Shown here piece by piece: positions 63,358 through 64,000 of a stretch of 64,000 bases of DNA. Position numbers and translations under genes: made by a program. Each line of letters starts with the position of its first letter. Position 1 is the first letter of the stretch. The DNA is from Woeseiaceae bacterium (GTDB taxonomy: Bacteria; Pseudomonadota; Gammaproteobacteria; Steroidobacterales; Woeseiaceae), in NCBI GenBank assembly GCA_021773035.1, contig JAJFKU010000052.1, positions 8,040 to 72,039 on the forward strand. Reading direction: 5' to 3'. The notes below the pieces were generated by a model that saw nothing but the letters and a program-made list of their open reading frames with translations, was not told the origin of the DNA and ran no database searches.

Positions 63358-64000
63358 ATGTTCGACAGTGTTGTTAATTTTCTACTCTATGCGGTGCCGA
63401 TTCTGTTGATCCTGGCCTGGTATATCCGGCGTCATTCGAGTACTGAAACGAGCAGTCTGGAAACCCTGAAAACGGCTAAGGAAGAGGGCCTGATGGAGCC
63501 CCCGACTTTGCACCCCGAGATCGATCATCAACTCTGTATTGGCTGCACAAATTGTGTCGCGGCCTGCCCGGAACAAGGCGCGCATCAGGTGCTGGGGATG
63601 ATCAGAAAGAAGGCCAACCTGGTTGGGCCGACCAACTGCATTGGCCACGGCGCCTGTAAAACGGTCTGTCCGGTCAATGCGATCACCCTGGTTTTCGGAA
63701 CGGCGCAACGCGGTGTTGATATTCCGCGGGTCGATCCGAATTTCCAGACCAATGTGCCGGGCATTTTTATCGCCGGAGAACTAGGGGGCATGGGTCTGAT
63801 CAGGAATGCGGTGGAACAAGGTCGCCAGGCGATGCAGTCGATAAAGGAACTGGTGCGCACTCCGCATCGAAACGAACTGGACGTAGTCATCATAGGTGCC
63901 GGCCCGGCGGGTTTTTCCGCGACCTTGTCTGCAACAGAAGCGAAGCTTCGACATACGACGGTTGAGCAGGAAGAGTTGGGAGGAACCGTTGCCCACTTTC
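63358..64000 (+). CDS. Membrane-anchored 4Fe-4S ferredoxin domain fused to an FAD/NAD(P)-binding (thioredoxin-reductase-like) oxidoreductase, 3' end off window
   Basis: My own translation: MFDSVVNFLLYAVPILLILAWYI..., two Cys clusters (CIGCTNCVAACP and CIGHGACKTVCP), then DVVIIGAGPAGFSA dinucleotide fold. The frame is open to the window end and is absent from the ORF track because it has no stop. Confidence 0.8.
   Translation, partial: MFDSVVNFLLYAVPILLILAWYIRRHSSTETSSLETLKTAKEEGLMEPPTLHPEIDHQLCIGCTNCVAACPEQGAHQVLGMIRKKANLVGPTNCIGHGACKTVCPVNAITLVFGTAQRGVDIPRVDPNFQTNVPGIFIAGELGGMGLIRNAVEQGRQAMQSIKELVRTPHRNELDVVIIGAGPAGFSATLSATEAKLRHTTVEQEELGGTVAHF

Noticed and set aside
1-64000. Search for tRNA/rRNA genes, CRISPR arrays, IS elements, integrases, phage or toxin-antitoxin/defence modules
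   Set aside because: I saw no cloverleaf-like or rRNA-like segments, no regularly spaced short repeats outside the cytochrome coding repeats, and no transposase, integrase or recombinase-like translation in any frame. The window appears to be non-mobile chromosomal sequence.

Overview
The window looks like chromosomal DNA from a Gram-negative, probably marine or sediment gammaproteobacterium. This guess rests on roughly 55-60% GC by eye, three TonB-dependent receptors, a TPR-sulfotransferase, an RND efflux system and many ArsR/SRPBCC pairs; taxonomy is not verifiable here. Coding density is high and many genes have ATGA/TGATG start-stop overlaps. I found no tRNA, rRNA, CRISPR array, transposase or integrase. 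Most of the window (1-53.6 kb) is ordinary accessory metabolism: a MocR regulator with a C-N hydrolase, a TonB receptor, a TPR-sulfotransferase/serine-hydrolase/MFS operon, a FecI-FecR-TonB-transducer surface-signalling unit followed by a PPP-phosphatase fusion, a TolC-like/MFP/RND efflux operon, a decayed isocitrate lyase beside its intact ScfR/RamB-type regulator, PadR-flanked serine hydrolases, an XdhC/MocA pair, a beta-oxidation block (SDR, thiolase, QOR, GST, FadD) and a DUF2946-TonB receptor pair. The standout is a tightly coupled six-gene minus-strand operon at 53734-62825. In transcription order it encodes a CcmI-like cytochrome c maturation chaperone, a His-rich 5-TM inner-membrane protein, a secreted protein with 21 CXXCH motifs, a secreted protein with 37 CXXCH motifs plus one CX4CH at a strict 23-24-residue spacing, an 817-aa SPOR-like/TPR/beta-barrel outer-membrane protein, and a lipoprotein. 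I read this as an uncharacterised porin-multiheme-cytochrome, envelope-spanning electron conduit. Its 532-bp AT-rich divergent control region carries a perfect CRP-type palindrome and faces a ferredoxin-flavoprotein oxidoreductase gene that runs off the window. All functional calls come from motifs I recognised in the supplied translations. No database search was possible.
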